NCBI GenBank assembly: GCA_050180235.1
Contig: JBFXEJ010000017.1
Coordinates: forward strand, 4,595-68,594
Length of the DNA: 64,000 bases
Direction of reading: 5' to 3'
Origin: Desulfococcaceae bacterium
GTDB lineage: Bacteria > Desulfobacterota > Desulfobacteria > Desulfobacterales > Desulfococcaceae
Shown here one piece after another: positions 29,662 to 39,088 of the stretch (its first letter is position 1; each line of letters begins with the position of its first letter). The notes under the pieces were generated by a model, which did no database searches, was not told where the DNA came from, and saw only the letters and a list, made by a program, of their open reading frames with translations. Both the position numbers and the translations under genes were made by a program.

Positions 29662-30141
29662 TTACTGATGACAGGAAAGAGAGGTGGGAAGTCCGGGCTC
29701 AGTGCTCTTCGTCCGGTTCCGGAGAAAACATCTGATAAATTCTGAATCTATTCTTGGACTCAGGAAAATATCCCCGCTGTAAACAGCGCGGACGGCTTTG
29801 ACGATATTCAGGCTCAGGCAGGGTTTGACCAGATATGCTGATGCTCCGGTCATAAAGGCCTCATACACATATGCATCATTTTTATGGATGGAAAGAATCA
29901 CAAACAGCGTTTTCATGCCGTTTTTCCGTATCTGACGGATGACGTCCAATCCGTTCATTACCGGCATGACAATATCCGTCAGCACAACATCCGGGTTGTG
30001 TTTTTGGATTTTTCCGACAGCCTCCTTTCCATCGGCAGCCTCATCCACAACTTCCATGTCTTTCTGATATTCCAAAGTCTTCCGAATCCATGTTCTTACA
30101 ATTTCATGATCATCGGCAATCAGAACTCTGATTTTTTTCAT
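29662..30141 (-). CDS. NarL-type receiver domain protein lacking the HTH output
   Basis: 159 aa, MKKIRVLIADDHEIVR...LTDIVMPVMNGL. Paralogous to the neighbouring NarL regulator but ends without a LuxR HTH. Confidence 0.75.
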   Translation of the reverse strand: MKKIRVLIADDHEIVRTWIRKTLEYQKDMEVVDEAADGKEAVGKIQKHNPDVVLTDIVMPVMNGLDVIRQIRKNGMKTLFVILSIHKNDAYVYEAFMTGASAYLVKPCLSLNIVKAVRAVYSGDIFLSPRIDSEFIRCFLRNRTKSTEPGLPTSLSCHQ

Positions 30142-30269
30142 TCTGTCTCCCGCAGTATTCCGGTTTATCCCTGTCAGAATCTAAAGTATGAAAGGAGATA
30201 AATCAATTGGGAGGAAAAAGTATTCAGAGGTAGTCTTTTCCTACTGTCTGACGGTTCTCCGCGGGGAAG

Positions 30270-30941
30270 TTACTCCTCTTCCCATAATTCGGGGCCGATG
30301 AGACCAATTTTGATGGCGTATTTCACCATGGCGACCATATTGTGGATATCCAGTTTTTTCATTGTATTGGCCCGGTGCTTTTCCACGGTTTTGGAGCTGA
30401 TGCACAGAATATCCGCAATCTCGGCACTGGATTTTCCCTCCACCAGGAGACGGAAAACCTGCTGCTCCCGTTCGGACAGAAGATCATATCCGCTGACCGG
30501 GGGTTTTTCGTTCCGGCTTTTGAGAAAATTCATGATGAGTTTGGAATTGATTTTGGAACTGAGATAATATTCGCCCCGGTGAACCGAACGGATAGCCTCC
30601 AGCACATCAGATGTGGGGGATGCTTTAAGCACATACCCCATGGCACCCGCTGTCAGTGCCTGGTGGACATAGGCATCTTTTTTGTGCATGGACAGCAGCA
30701 CGACCTGTGTTTCGGGAACAGCCTCCCGGATCAGGGCCACGGCTTCCAGTCCGTTGAGTTCCGGCATCTGAATGTCCAGAAGAGCCACATTCGGACGGAG
30801 GGTTTTGACTTTTTTTACGGCCTTCATCCCGTCATCTGCCGTATCCAGAACCTTCATGTCCGGCTGTTCCTCAATGAGTTTGCGAAGCCCTTCCCTTACA
30901 ACCGAATGATCGTCCGCTATCACCACATTTATTGTATCCAT
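30270..30941 (-). CDS. NarL/LuxR-family response regulator
   Basis: Receiver (LLDIQMPELNG) plus LuxR HTH (LSEREQQVFRLLVEGKSSAEIADILCISSKTVEKHR). Confidence 0.9.
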   Translation of the reverse strand: MDTINVVIADDHSVVREGLRKLIEEQPDMKVLDTADDGMKAVKKVKTLRPNVALLDIQMPELNGLEAVALIREAVPETQVVLLSMHKKDAYVHQALTAGAMGYVLKASPTSDVLEAIRSVHRGEYYLSSKINSKLIMNFLKSRNEKPPVSGYDLLSEREQQVFRLLVEGKSSAEIADILCISSKTVEKHRANTMKKLDIHNMVAMVKYAIKIGLIGPELWEEE

Positions 30942-30957
30942 TGTATCCTCCCTTTAA

Positions 30958-31185
30958 TCAGTGTTCAGTTATCAGTTATCAGTTATCAGTTATCAGTTGG
31001 GCAGGATTCAGGAGGCAGAGGGTCAGAAAAATAACTACTGAACACTGATACCAATTCGCCATTGAAAATATACTTATGAAACACACCCCGGCCCATCTCA
31101 GGAGGGAATTTTCTGAAAAAAATCAATAAAGAATTGTTATGATAACTGAACACTGATAACTGACAACTGAACACTGATAACTGAA
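30958..31185. repeat. composite repeat filling the HK-RR intergenic space
   Basis: Contains (cagttat)x4 at 30966..30993 and an inverted counterpart gataactgaacactgataactga at 31141..31185. The centre (31048..31135) is homologous to the left half of the family B element at 29175. Confidence 0.7.
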
Positions 31186-32511
31186 TTAAGAAACCGGCAG
31201 TTCCGCACGGATGGTGGTTCCCCTGTTTTTTTCTGAGCGGATATCAAGGCTGCCTTTCACTGAAACCACCCTTTCCCGCATACCGATAAGCCCGATGCCG
31301 CCGGAACGTCCGGCAGGATTAAATCCCACACCGTCATCCCTTATCATCAGAATGACCCTGGGATAACTGTAGGTCAGCATCACATTCACCGTCTGTGCTT
31401 TGGAATGTTTGACAATATTGTTCATACTTTCCTGGAAAATCCTGTAAAGGATCAGTTCAAACTCCGGTGTCACCCGTTTTTTGAATCCTATGGCCTGAAA
31501 ATTCACCTGTATCTCCTGCTGCTGTTCCATAAATTCTTTCACATACCATTCCAGAGTGGGAACAAGACCCAGATCATCGAGCAGATCCGGCCGCAGATCA
31601 GATGAAATGCTTCGGATTCTGTCACCAAGCTGCTCTATCAGATCAATAAGCCGTTCAAAACTCTCTTTCCGGACTTCAGGCCGTTCCGGCACGGAATTCC
31701 ACAGGGTTTCAACTCCCATATGAAGCGCTGCCAGGGTCTGTCCGAATTCATCATGCAGATCACGGGCCAGTTTTTTCTGTGCGTCCTCTGTGCCGCTGAT
31801 GAGTTTTCCGGAAAGATAGCGGATTTCCTTTTCAGCGCGTTCGCGCTCCCTTATTTCTTTTTCCAGCCGTTCATTGGCATTTGCCAGATCAACAGAATGC
31901 TTTTTTTCCAGTTCATTGATTTTCTGCAGGGCTTCAACCATTTTGTTGTAAGAATGGGCAATTTCCCCTGTGTCTTCATCATCGGGGATATCCATATCCA
32001 TATGATCGGGAAAATCTTCTTCTGTCAGCCCCTCTCCGCTGCCATCCTTTCCCGGTTCCCCGGCTTTCTGAAGAAATTCGGATATTCTGCCAAAAGACCC
32101 GGAATCTCCCCTGCTGTCATTTTCCTTTTCGGGCTGCAGGGCATGCATACCGTTTTCTTCTTCAGGCAGGGGGATAACCGGATGTTCCGGAAAACCGAAG
32201 GTGCTGATAAAATATTTCAGAGAGAACAGAAGTGTAAAAACCGCCACACCCAGCAGCAGAAGCAGTATGGCCGACAATAACTGCTTCTGCCGTTTTTTTG
32301 CCAGAAAACTGATTTCCGCATCCAGTTGCTCCTCTGACACTGCCCCGGATTCAATCCCGTAAGCTTTTTCATGGACAAGTGTCCTGAATTCGCTGACCAG
32401 TGCACGGGTTTCATGCAGAAGTGCACATACAGACAGGAGCAGAAAAAGGGATAATGCCAGGAGGCAGCGGATGCCGGCTTCCGATCTGATCCATTGTTTC
32501 AAAGCAGTCAT
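31186..32511 (-). CDS. sensor histidine kinase (HisKA_3 / NarX-like)
   Basis: TM segments, H-box DLHDEFGQTLAAL, HATPase_c NNIVKHS...DDGVGF...GIGLIGMRER. Confidence 0.85.
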   Translation of the reverse strand: MTALKQWIRSEAGIRCLLALSLFLLLSVCALLHETRALVSEFRTLVHEKAYGIESGAVSEEQLDAEISFLAKKRQKQLLSAILLLLLGVAVFTLLFSLKYFISTFGFPEHPVIPLPEEENGMHALQPEKENDSRGDSGSFGRISEFLQKAGEPGKDGSGEGLTEEDFPDHMDMDIPDDEDTGEIAHSYNKMVEALQKINELEKKHSVDLANANERLEKEIRERERAEKEIRYLSGKLISGTEDAQKKLARDLHDEFGQTLAALHMGVETLWNSVPERPEVRKESFERLIDLIEQLGDRIRSISSDLRPDLLDDLGLVPTLEWYVKEFMEQQQEIQVNFQAIGFKKRVTPEFELILYRIFQESMNNIVKHSKAQTVNVMLTYSYPRVILMIRDDGVGFNPAGRSGGIGLIGMRERVVSVKGSLDIRSEKNRGTTIRAELPVS

Positions 32512-32528
32512 TATCCTCCTGTAAAAAT

Positions 32529-32633
32529 CTTAGGCGATTTCTATGAAAAAATGTACCATCATTGTAGGGTGGGCACGGCTTTTTGTGCCCACCCTACAAA
32601 AAACGGTATAATCATTAATGGAAATCACCTTAA
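32529..32633. repeat. family D element, subfamily with gtagggtgggcac hairpin cargo
   Basis: cttaggcgatttc...gtagggtgggcacggctttttgtgcccaccctac...ggaaatcacctta. Confidence 0.75.
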
Positions 32634-33254
32634 ATCCGGAATCTTGCCCCCTAACCTCCGGACAGCCTGACTGAAAGTCTGGCAGGGACGCAGTTCATAA
32701 CGCCAAGGGAATTGCAGTGCATTGTTTCAGCTAAAACTGCCGGTGTATTTCACGGCAGTAACTGATTCTGAAATTCCCCCCTGCCGGAAAATTTTCCGGA
32801 ATTCTGTGTTCATTTAAAGAGATTTGTCTTTTGTTTCAGGCCCGGAAACAGGGCAGTCAGAAAATACGGTTTCAACTTTATTACATATTTACAGCAAAAG
32901 TCAAGATTTCCGCTGCCCCTGACCGGTTTTTTGCATGAACCGGGGAAATACCGGATAATTGCATTAATGCAGATACCAATCTGCAGAAATATGTTGACGG
33001 AAATTCTGATACCGGAAATAATAGACCCTGCCGGAAACAGAAAAGCGGCACAGGCCTCCTTCCGGAGTTGCGGATCATGAACAGACCGGATGTATATTCT
33101 GCCTTGTTTCAGTGCAGACTGCAAGAAAATATTTGCCAAAAAATCTTTGGGACTGTAAAGAACGCCAAATTCATCATGGAGACAAAAGCGGTTTTTTTGG
33201 TGAAGACACTGCTGTTTCCGTCATTTGAAGGGTTGGGGAGATGCAGAGGGGAAA

Positions 33255-33752
33255 ATGATCACGGTTATCGGAGTGGATCCCGGACTTGCCGCAACCGGTG
33301 TGGGGCTGGTCAGGGGAAACGGATCTGAAATTGCAGATTTTTCATACGGAAGTATCAGCACATCCCCGGACTGTCCCCTGCCCGGACGGCTGGATCATAT
33401 TTTTGTGAAACTGATGTCTGTGCTGAGTGATGAAAAGCCGGATCTGATGGTGGTGGAGGATGTCTTTTCCCTGGACAGATATCCGAAATCCGGGATCATT
33501 CTGGGAAAGGTTTCGGGCGTGATTCTGCTGGCCGGATGCCGTGCGGAAATACCGGTGACAGAAATACCGGTGCGGGAAGCCAAAAAGGTGCTGACCGGAA
33601 ACGGAAATGCGGACAAGGTTCAACTGGAAAAATCCGTGCGCCACCGCCTTAATGCGGTCAGCATCATCAAACCTTTTCACGCTTCCGATGCGCTTGCACT
33701 TGCGATTATCGGTTTCTTCCGGTATAAAAGTCTTTGCTGCCCTTCCCGGTGA
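33255..33752 (+). CDS. ruvC: crossover junction endodeoxyribonuclease RuvC
   Basis: MITVIGVDPGLAATGVG... and ...HASDALALAI. ATG at 33255 lies within ORF 33225..33752. Confidence 0.9.
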   Translation: MITVIGVDPGLAATGVGLVRGNGSEIADFSYGSISTSPDCPLPGRLDHIFVKLMSVLSDEKPDLMVVEDVFSLDRYPKSGIILGKVSGVILLAGCRAEIPVTEIPVREAKKVLTGNGNADKVQLEKSVRHRLNAVSIIKPFHASDALALAIIGFFRYKSLCCPSR

Positions 33753-33981
33753 ATCCGGATATGAGCGCAGAGCGGAGCAGATAAAAAAACGGGAAAAAGG
33801 GATGGTACATATTTCCGGAAACATATTTTCACCCGGCACGGATTGAAAAAAGCAGAAAATACCCTTTGAAATCTGACTCACCGGGAGCTTCAGTCTGCTG
33901 CATGGGAAAAATATATTTCCGGAAACCTGTATATTGTGTCTGCGGGTTATTCTTATAGATTTCTTAAAAAAAGGAGGAAAG

Positions 33982-34710
33982 ATGATAAGAATCTGTGTAT
34001 TAATGCTGTCTCTGTTTTTTTCCTGTCTGGCTGTGTCCGGATGCGGTATGGGCAAAACAGTGAAGAAACCGCAGGTCAATGCGGAAGCCCGCAAAATTGC
34101 AGCAGCTTACGGTATCGGAAATTTCAGCAGGATAGAGGCCATCCGCTATACCTGCAATCTCCATATCAGGAACAGGCACATACAGCGGAGCTGGATATGG
34201 GAACCTGATAAAAACTGGGTGACATACAAAGGGAACAGTCCCGGCGGGGAGCAGACAGAGTTTGCATACAGCCGCTCGGAAAAAGACAGGGCAGTTTTTG
34301 ATGACAGGGTGGATAAGTGGTTTGCAAGCGATCAGAACTGGCTGCTTTTTCCCTTTCACCTGGAATGGGACGGTGCGGAAATCGTATCGGACGGATCCCA
34401 CCCCCTTCCCATTCCGCCCGGAGATGCCCGGCGGCTTACGGTGAGGTATCCTCCGGAAAGCGGATATACTGCCGGAGATATATATGAACTGTATTACGGA
34501 CCGGACTATGTGATCCGGCAGTGGGTTTACAGAAAACGCGGTTCGGAAAAACCCACACGGATTACCACTTGGGAGGAACATGCAAAAGCCGGGCCGATTC
34601 TGGTTTCACTCACACGCAATGATGATGAGGGCAGATTCCGGCTCTGGTTTTCGGGTGTTGCAGTCAGGCTCAGGGGGAGCACCGTATGGCTGCCTGCACT
34701 GATTTACTGA
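33982..34710 (+). CDS. hypothetical lipoprotein
   Basis: ATG 33982 is preceded by AAAGGAGGAAAG. Signal peptide plus lipobox MIRICVLMLSLFFSCLAVSGC. Confidence 0.6.
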   Translation: MIRICVLMLSLFFSCLAVSGCGMGKTVKKPQVNAEARKIAAAYGIGNFSRIEAIRYTCNLHIRNRHIQRSWIWEPDKNWVTYKGNSPGGEQTEFAYSRSEKDRAVFDDRVDKWFASDQNWLLFPFHLEWDGAEIVSDGSHPLPIPPGDARRLTVRYPPESGYTAGDIYELYYGPDYVIRQWVYRKRGSEKPTRITTWEEHAKAGPILVSLTRNDDEGRFRLWFSGVAVRLRGSTVWLPALIY

Positions 34711-34856
34711 TCCTTCCGGAAACATTTTTTCGGATGTATGAATGATCATGCTTATATTTTGGATTGATATATATTTATTTTTCCGCTAAATTATATTTTT
34801 GCGGATAAAGATGAAACATTTTTCCCGGATTTTTTTCAAACCGAAATCGAGATAAT

Positions 34857-35588
34857 ATGCCGAAGATCGCTATATCGGGCAGAACAGACATGGGTCTCAA
34901 ACGCTCGAACAATGAAGATGCCTTTATCGTGAAACCGGAGCTCAGTTTCTGTCTTGTGGCAGATGGGATGGGCGGAGCAGCAGCCGGTGAACTGGCCAGC
35001 CGGTATTTTGCAGATACCGCATACGAAGTTTTTTCCATAGGCGGGCAGCAGATTACAGAGGCGGAAATCCCCCGGCTGGTGCGCAAAGCATTCATACTGT
35101 CCAACAAAAGGATTCTGGAGCATGTGCAGGAGGAACCCGCTCACAGTGGCATGGGATGCACCGCTGAACTGATGGCTTTCTTTGACGGGGGGTATGTGCT
35201 GGGGCATATGGGCGACAGTCGTACCTACCGTTTCAGAAACGGTGAACTCAGGCAACTGACAAAGGATCATTCCCTTGTTCAGAATCTGGTGGATCAGGGA
35301 ATGATCACCGAAGAGGAGGCCAGAATCCATTCCCACCGGAACGTTATTCTCCGGGCTGTGGGAATTGACAAAAATGTGTCTCTGGATCTGATCAGGGGAA
35401 AAACGCTTCCGGGTGATATGTATCTGATGTGTTCGGACGGTCTGACAGACATGGTGGAGGATACCCTGATTAGGGAAGTGCTGCTCAATGACATTTCCCT
35501 GCCCCAGAAAGTGGAGGGTTTTATTGAGCTGGCCAAGCTCGCGGGCGGTGCGGACAATATCACAGTGGTTCTTTCGCAGGTGATGTAA
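34857..35588 (+). CDS. PP2C-family Ser/Thr protein phosphatase
   Basis: RSNNEDAF, ADGMGGAAAGE, CSDGLTDMV and GGADNITVV motifs. Confidence 0.9.
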   Translation: MPKIAISGRTDMGLKRSNNEDAFIVKPELSFCLVADGMGGAAAGELASRYFADTAYEVFSIGGQQITEAEIPRLVRKAFILSNKRILEHVQEEPAHSGMGCTAELMAFFDGGYVLGHMGDSRTYRFRNGELRQLTKDHSLVQNLVDQGMITEEEARIHSHRNVILRAVGIDKNVSLDLIRGKTLPGDMYLMCSDGLTDMVEDTLIREVLLNDISLPQKVEGFIELAKLAGGADNITVVLSQVM

Positions 35589-35626
35589 TTCCGCTTTTTC
35601 CTGTTCCCTGCTTTTTTTAATGCCAT

Positions 35627-35768
35627 TTAGGCGATTTCCATGAAAAAATGTACCATCATTGCAGGGTGGGCACGGCTTTTTGTGCCCACAGTTTCAGCAG
35701 GACGGCGGGCACAGAAAGCCGTGCCCGCCCTACGAAAAACGTTATAATCATTAATGGAAATCACCTTA
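35627..35768. repeat. family D element, same subfamily, longer cargo
   Basis: tttaggcgatttccatgaaaaaatgtaccatcattgcagggtgggcac...ggaaatcacctta. Confidence 0.75.
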
Positions 35769-35957
35769 TGGCAGGCCGGAGCGCCAAACGGAAAGTTTGG
35801 CAAACATGGCAGTCTCCGAATTTTCAGTCTGAAACACCATCTACCAGCCGTCACACCGGATTTTGCCGGAATGACGCAGACTGACTTTTGCCGTTAGACC
35901 GCTGGAATGGATGGGGAACAAATCTGACAATCCGGCAAATAAATGAGGACATATAAA

Positions 35958-36917
35958 ATGATTCTGAAAAAACTTGGCAAAACAGATATTGGGATCAGCG
36001 CTGTTGTTATGGGAACCTGGCAGGCAGGCCGGGCCATGTGGGCTGATATTGAGGATACGGAAACCGAACGGGCCATGCAGACGGCTTTTGATGCAGGAGT
36101 CACCACTTTTGACACTGCCACGGTTTACGGAGACGGGCATTCAGAGCAGGTTCTTGGCAAAGCCCTGCGCAGTGTGAGGCCGCAGGCAGTCATTGCCACC
36201 AAAGTCTTTCCACATTCCCTGGCATATGAAAAGGTTTTCAAAGCATGTCACAAATCCCTGAAGGATCTGGGAACAGATTATATAGATCTGTACCAGATTC
36301 ACTGGCCATCCGGTTCCTTTGGCAGCAAAAAGGTTCCCATAGAGGAAAGCATGTCTGCCCTGAACAGGCTGAAAGAGGAGGGCAAAATCCGGGCCATCGG
36401 GGTTTCCAATTTTTCCCGTGAGCAGATTGCCGAAGCCTCAAAGTACGGTCAGATTGACAGTCTGCAGCCTCCGTATTCCCTTTTCTGGCGTCATGCGGAA
36501 AAAGATGCCATGCCGTACTGCACAGAAAACAGCATTTCCATCCTGGCATATTCATCTATGGCACAGGGAATCCTTACCGGAAAATTCGGCCCGGATCATC
36601 AGTTTGCCAAAGGGGATCACCGTGCCAAAAACCGGCTTTTTCTTCCGGAAAATTTTGCAAGGATTCAGGAGGCTTTGGCAAAACTTCGGCCCATTGCAGC
36701 CCGGAACCGTCTCAGTCTCGGACAACTGGCCCTGGCCTGGGTCATATCACATCCAAACGCGTGCGCAATTGCCGGAGCAAGAAACGCGGAACAGGCCGTG
36801 CAGAATGCAAAGGCAGGATCAGTGTCCCTGTCTGAAGAGGATTTGGCGGAAATGGACAGCATTGGCCGCATTGTCACCGATTATCTGGATGATGATCCGG
36901 TTTTGTGGAAATGGTAA
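35958..36917 (+). CDS. aldo/keto reductase
   Basis: FDTATVYGDGHSE, LYQIHWP and similar AKR motifs. ATG 35958 is preceded by GAGGA. Confidence 0.9.
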   Translation: MILKKLGKTDIGISAVVMGTWQAGRAMWADIEDTETERAMQTAFDAGVTTFDTATVYGDGHSEQVLGKALRSVRPQAVIATKVFPHSLAYEKVFKACHKSLKDLGTDYIDLYQIHWPSGSFGSKKVPIEESMSALNRLKEEGKIRAIGVSNFSREQIAEASKYGQIDSLQPPYSLFWRHAEKDAMPYCTENSISILAYSSMAQGILTGKFGPDHQFAKGDHRAKNRLFLPENFARIQEALAKLRPIAARNRLSLGQLALAWVISHPNACAIAGARNAEQAVQNAKAGSVSLSEEDLAEMDSIGRIVTDYLDDDPVLWKW

Positions 36918-36919
36918 TT

Positions 36920-37044
36920 GATAGTGGGACTTTTTATACTGACAAAGTAGGGGTATGGCCTGCCACTGCCCTGTGAATCCGGGGCAACCGCAGGGGTTGC
37001 CCCTACGGTAATCAGTATCAAAAGTACCATTACCAACTTTTGTT
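36920..37044 (+). mobile_element. degenerate/chimeric family A element with different cargo
   Basis: Left end GATAGTGGGACTTTTTATACTGA and right end CAGTATCAAAAGTACCATTACC resemble family A termini. The interior is the gtaggggcaacccctgcggttgccccgg palindrome. Confidence 0.45.
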
Positions 37045-37147
37045 TTTTGGATGTGCATAAATTTTTTCTATGATGTGGAGGTTATTGACGAAAAATGTCC
37101 ATATGTTATATTCTAAACCTCATAGGATTTTACCGTTTTCTCTCGTA

Positions 37148-37203
37148 TGATAACACTAAGTTCAGGGGCGGCGATAGCCGTCCCCTGCAACGCTGGGTTA
37201 TGT
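37148..37203 (-). mobile_element. integron attC recombination site (56 bp)
   Basis: Minus strand: ACATAAC-CCAGC-GTTGCAGGGGACGGC-TATC-GCCGCCCCTGAAC-TTAGT-GTTATCA, with extrahelical G and A in the 5' arm. Lies 19 nt downstream of the stop of 37223..37831. Confidence 0.7.
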
Positions 37204-37222
37204 TTTTTTCTGATTATTAAGG

Positions 37223-37831
37223 TTAATCTCTTATTCCTGAAACTACCTGTAATGCCCTGATTGCCTCTTCCAATCCTATCTTATCATCACCGTTAACATC
37301 CCATCTTGCTCTTTCGGTCTTTACGGCTTCTTCGCATGGACTTGGCAAAGGCTGTCCCGTTTCGACATAGGTTTTCGTAATATTGCCTTCAGAATCAAGC
37401 AGTTCAATTTTTATAACTTTGCAAAGCCAGTATGTCTGTTCTTCATAAGGCCAAATTGTTGCATTTTGCTTTTCAACCGTGCAAAGTAAGTTTGCTTTAT
37501 GGTTTCCTGGTTCTATCTGAGCGTTAATGAGTTCTCCGGCAAAACCCTTTGTTACATAAAAATTGATTTCTCCGGAATTACTATGCCCGTAATGTAATTC
37601 AATGTAATAATCGCCATTTTTACTTTTCACATAGAAGGTGTAAATAACAGGATTAAATTCATCTACTTTTCTGAAATCAGGCTGAAAAGTTGCACCATCA
37701 AAATATACTGTAGTTCCTTCATAATTTTCAGGTGAAAAATTAACCTGTTCCATTGTGGGGTTAGGATAATCCTGCCCCCAAGCCAAACCTCCAATCAACA
37801 GAATTGATACACACAATATTAGCCTTTTCAC
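37223..37831 (-). CDS. hypothetical secreted protein with dockerin-like tail, cassette borne
   Basis: GTG 37831 is preceded by GGGAGAGAAG. Signal peptide VKRLILCVSILLIGGLAWGQ; C-terminus DVNGDDKIGLEEAIRALQVVSG. An attC lies 19 nt downstream of the stop. Confidence 0.6.
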   Translation of the reverse strand: MKRLILCVSILLIGGLAWGQDYPNPTMEQVNFSPENYEGTTVYFDGATFQPDFRKVDEFNPVIYTFYVKSKNGDYYIELHYGHSNSGEINFYVTKGFAGELINAQIEPGNHKANLLCTVEKQNATIWPYEEQTYWLCKVIKIELLDSEGNITKTYVETGQPLPSPCEEAVKTERARWDVNGDDKIGLEEAIRALQVVSGIRD

Positions 37832-37855
37832 TCTCTTCTCTCCCTTTTCTAAGAA

Positions 37856-37914
37856 ACATAACCAGTTGTTATGCGGTTTTTTTGTCTTAAAGCATGAAAA
37901 AATGCGTGTTATGC
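37856..37914 (-). mobile_element. attC-like upstream cassette boundary (weak)
   Basis: Minus strand: GCATAAC-ACGCA-TTTTTT...AAAAAAA...GCATAAC-AACTG-GTTATGT. The terminal TTATGT is the exact complement of R'' ACATAA of the attC at 37148..37203. Confidence 0.4.
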
Positions 37915-38100
37915 GGATAGCAACTTTCATGCCAAATAATCCGAGTCACTTACCGTTACATTAAAAAAATCAGATTTATTTTATACAGTCTCTATGAACA
38001 AGTCAAGAACAAAAGAAGATAATCCATAAGATATGCGGGTCTGATTTAAATAAAGACGGCAGTTTGTGCAGCAGAAATACAGGCAACTCATGTTATGCAC

Positions 38101-38175
38101 CACCGTCATACCAACGAAAGCCGGTATCCAGAACTTCTTGAATTTAATGGATTCCAGCTTTCTCCGGAATGACGG
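38101..38175. repeat. REP-like family C unit
   Basis: caccgtcataccaacgaaagccggtatcc...gattccagctttctccggaatgacgg. Confidence 0.7.
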
Positions 38176-38256
38176 CTGATACTATAATATACTGATTTTT
38201 AATATAATTACGTAACATGAAAAAATAAATCGGACAGTATGGTATATTAAAAGATT

Positions 38257-38448
38257 GGTAGTGGGACTTTTCATGCTGATTTTTTTAATATATAAATTAA
38301 TATGTTATTTATAATCAGTATAAGCAGTATCATGGATGTATCGTATAACTGTTTGTATTTATTATGTATAAACAAAAATCAGTATATTTTTGAAAATATA
38401 ATAATATTAAGCAGTTATTTTTTTGTCAGTATGTGCAGACCCACTACC
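38257..38448 (+). mobile_element. MITE family A copy (192 bp), no obvious TSD
   Basis: Near-identical to 29251..29442, including the core tcatggatgtatcgtataac...tttgtatttattatgtata. Confidence 0.8.
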
Positions 38449-38451
38449 CAA

Positions 38452-38510
38452 ACCGGAATCCGGTAATGTCAGGCGTTCCGGATACCGGCTTTCGCCGGTA
38501 TGACGGTGGT
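38452..38510. repeat. REP-like family C unit
   Basis: ccggaatccggtaatgtcaggcgttccggataccggctttcgccggtatgacgg, abutting MITE A copy B. Confidence 0.7.
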
Positions 38511-38544
38511 GGCTTAACATCAGTTATAATCAATCCTTCGGATT

Positions 38545-38644
38545 TAGGTGATTTATGAAAATAAATATCCCGGTTCAGTTCACAGACGCAAAGCCGGAGG
38601 TTTTTGCTGCTTTGATGGGATATTCTTTTCTTGAAATCACCTTA
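38545..38644. repeat. family D MITE-like element
   Basis: ttaggtgatttatgaaaataaatatcccggttcagttcaca...gaaatcacctta. Confidence 0.75.
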
Positions 38645-38752
38645 ATTACCCGTTTGCAGTTTTCCCTGTTTTACAGGGTGCGGGGGCATGCACAGATGCC
38701 TGCCCCCCTGTACATGCTTCCCCGGTCTGAATGAAAAGCGGAAAAACAAAAA

Positions 38753-39088
38753 TCAGAAAACTGTCTTTTCCGGGGGTCTGCGCTCCGGCACATATTCATG
38801 GGGAATCTTTTCTTCGTTCCATTCCCTGCTCACATACAGATTGCAGTAACAACTGCCGAATTCTTTCACATCCGGTTCACGGTATTCACAGGGGCAGATA
38901 ATATCCTTATCCTCCTCCCGCTTTCCCGAAGCCAGCCGGCAGGGACAGGCCATATAGCCGTAACGCTCTTTGTTTTGCAGCAGTGATTGCAGAAGTTCAA
39001 GGGTTCTTTCTCTGTCTTTGTTGAAGAAATACCCTTTGGGTTCCTGCACCTTCCTAAGCTGTTCATAAAGTTTTTCCGCATCCATCAC
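38753..39088 (-). CDS. ferredoxin:thioredoxin reductase catalytic-subunit-like protein
   Basis: Cys pattern CPCRLASGK...CPCEYRE...CYCNLY is typical of the FTR catalytic domain. Confidence 0.8.
   Translation of the reverse strand: MMDAEKLYEQLRKVQEPKGYFFNKDRERTLELLQSLLQNKERYGYMACPCRLASGKREEDKDIICPCEYREPDVKEFGSCYCNLYVSREWNEEKIPHEYVPERRPPEKTVF

Noticed and set aside
33342-34094. 250-aa ORF antisense to ruvC
   Set aside because: RuvC on the plus strand is clear, and the antisense ORF spans the ruvC/lipoprotein intergenic region.
37085-37113. Near-consensus sigma-70 promoter (TTGACG-16nt-TATATT) on the plus strand
   Set aside because: It points away from any plus-strand gene and would be antisense to the cassette ORF. 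It lies in AT-rich DNA where such matches arise by chance. Not reportable without transcript data.
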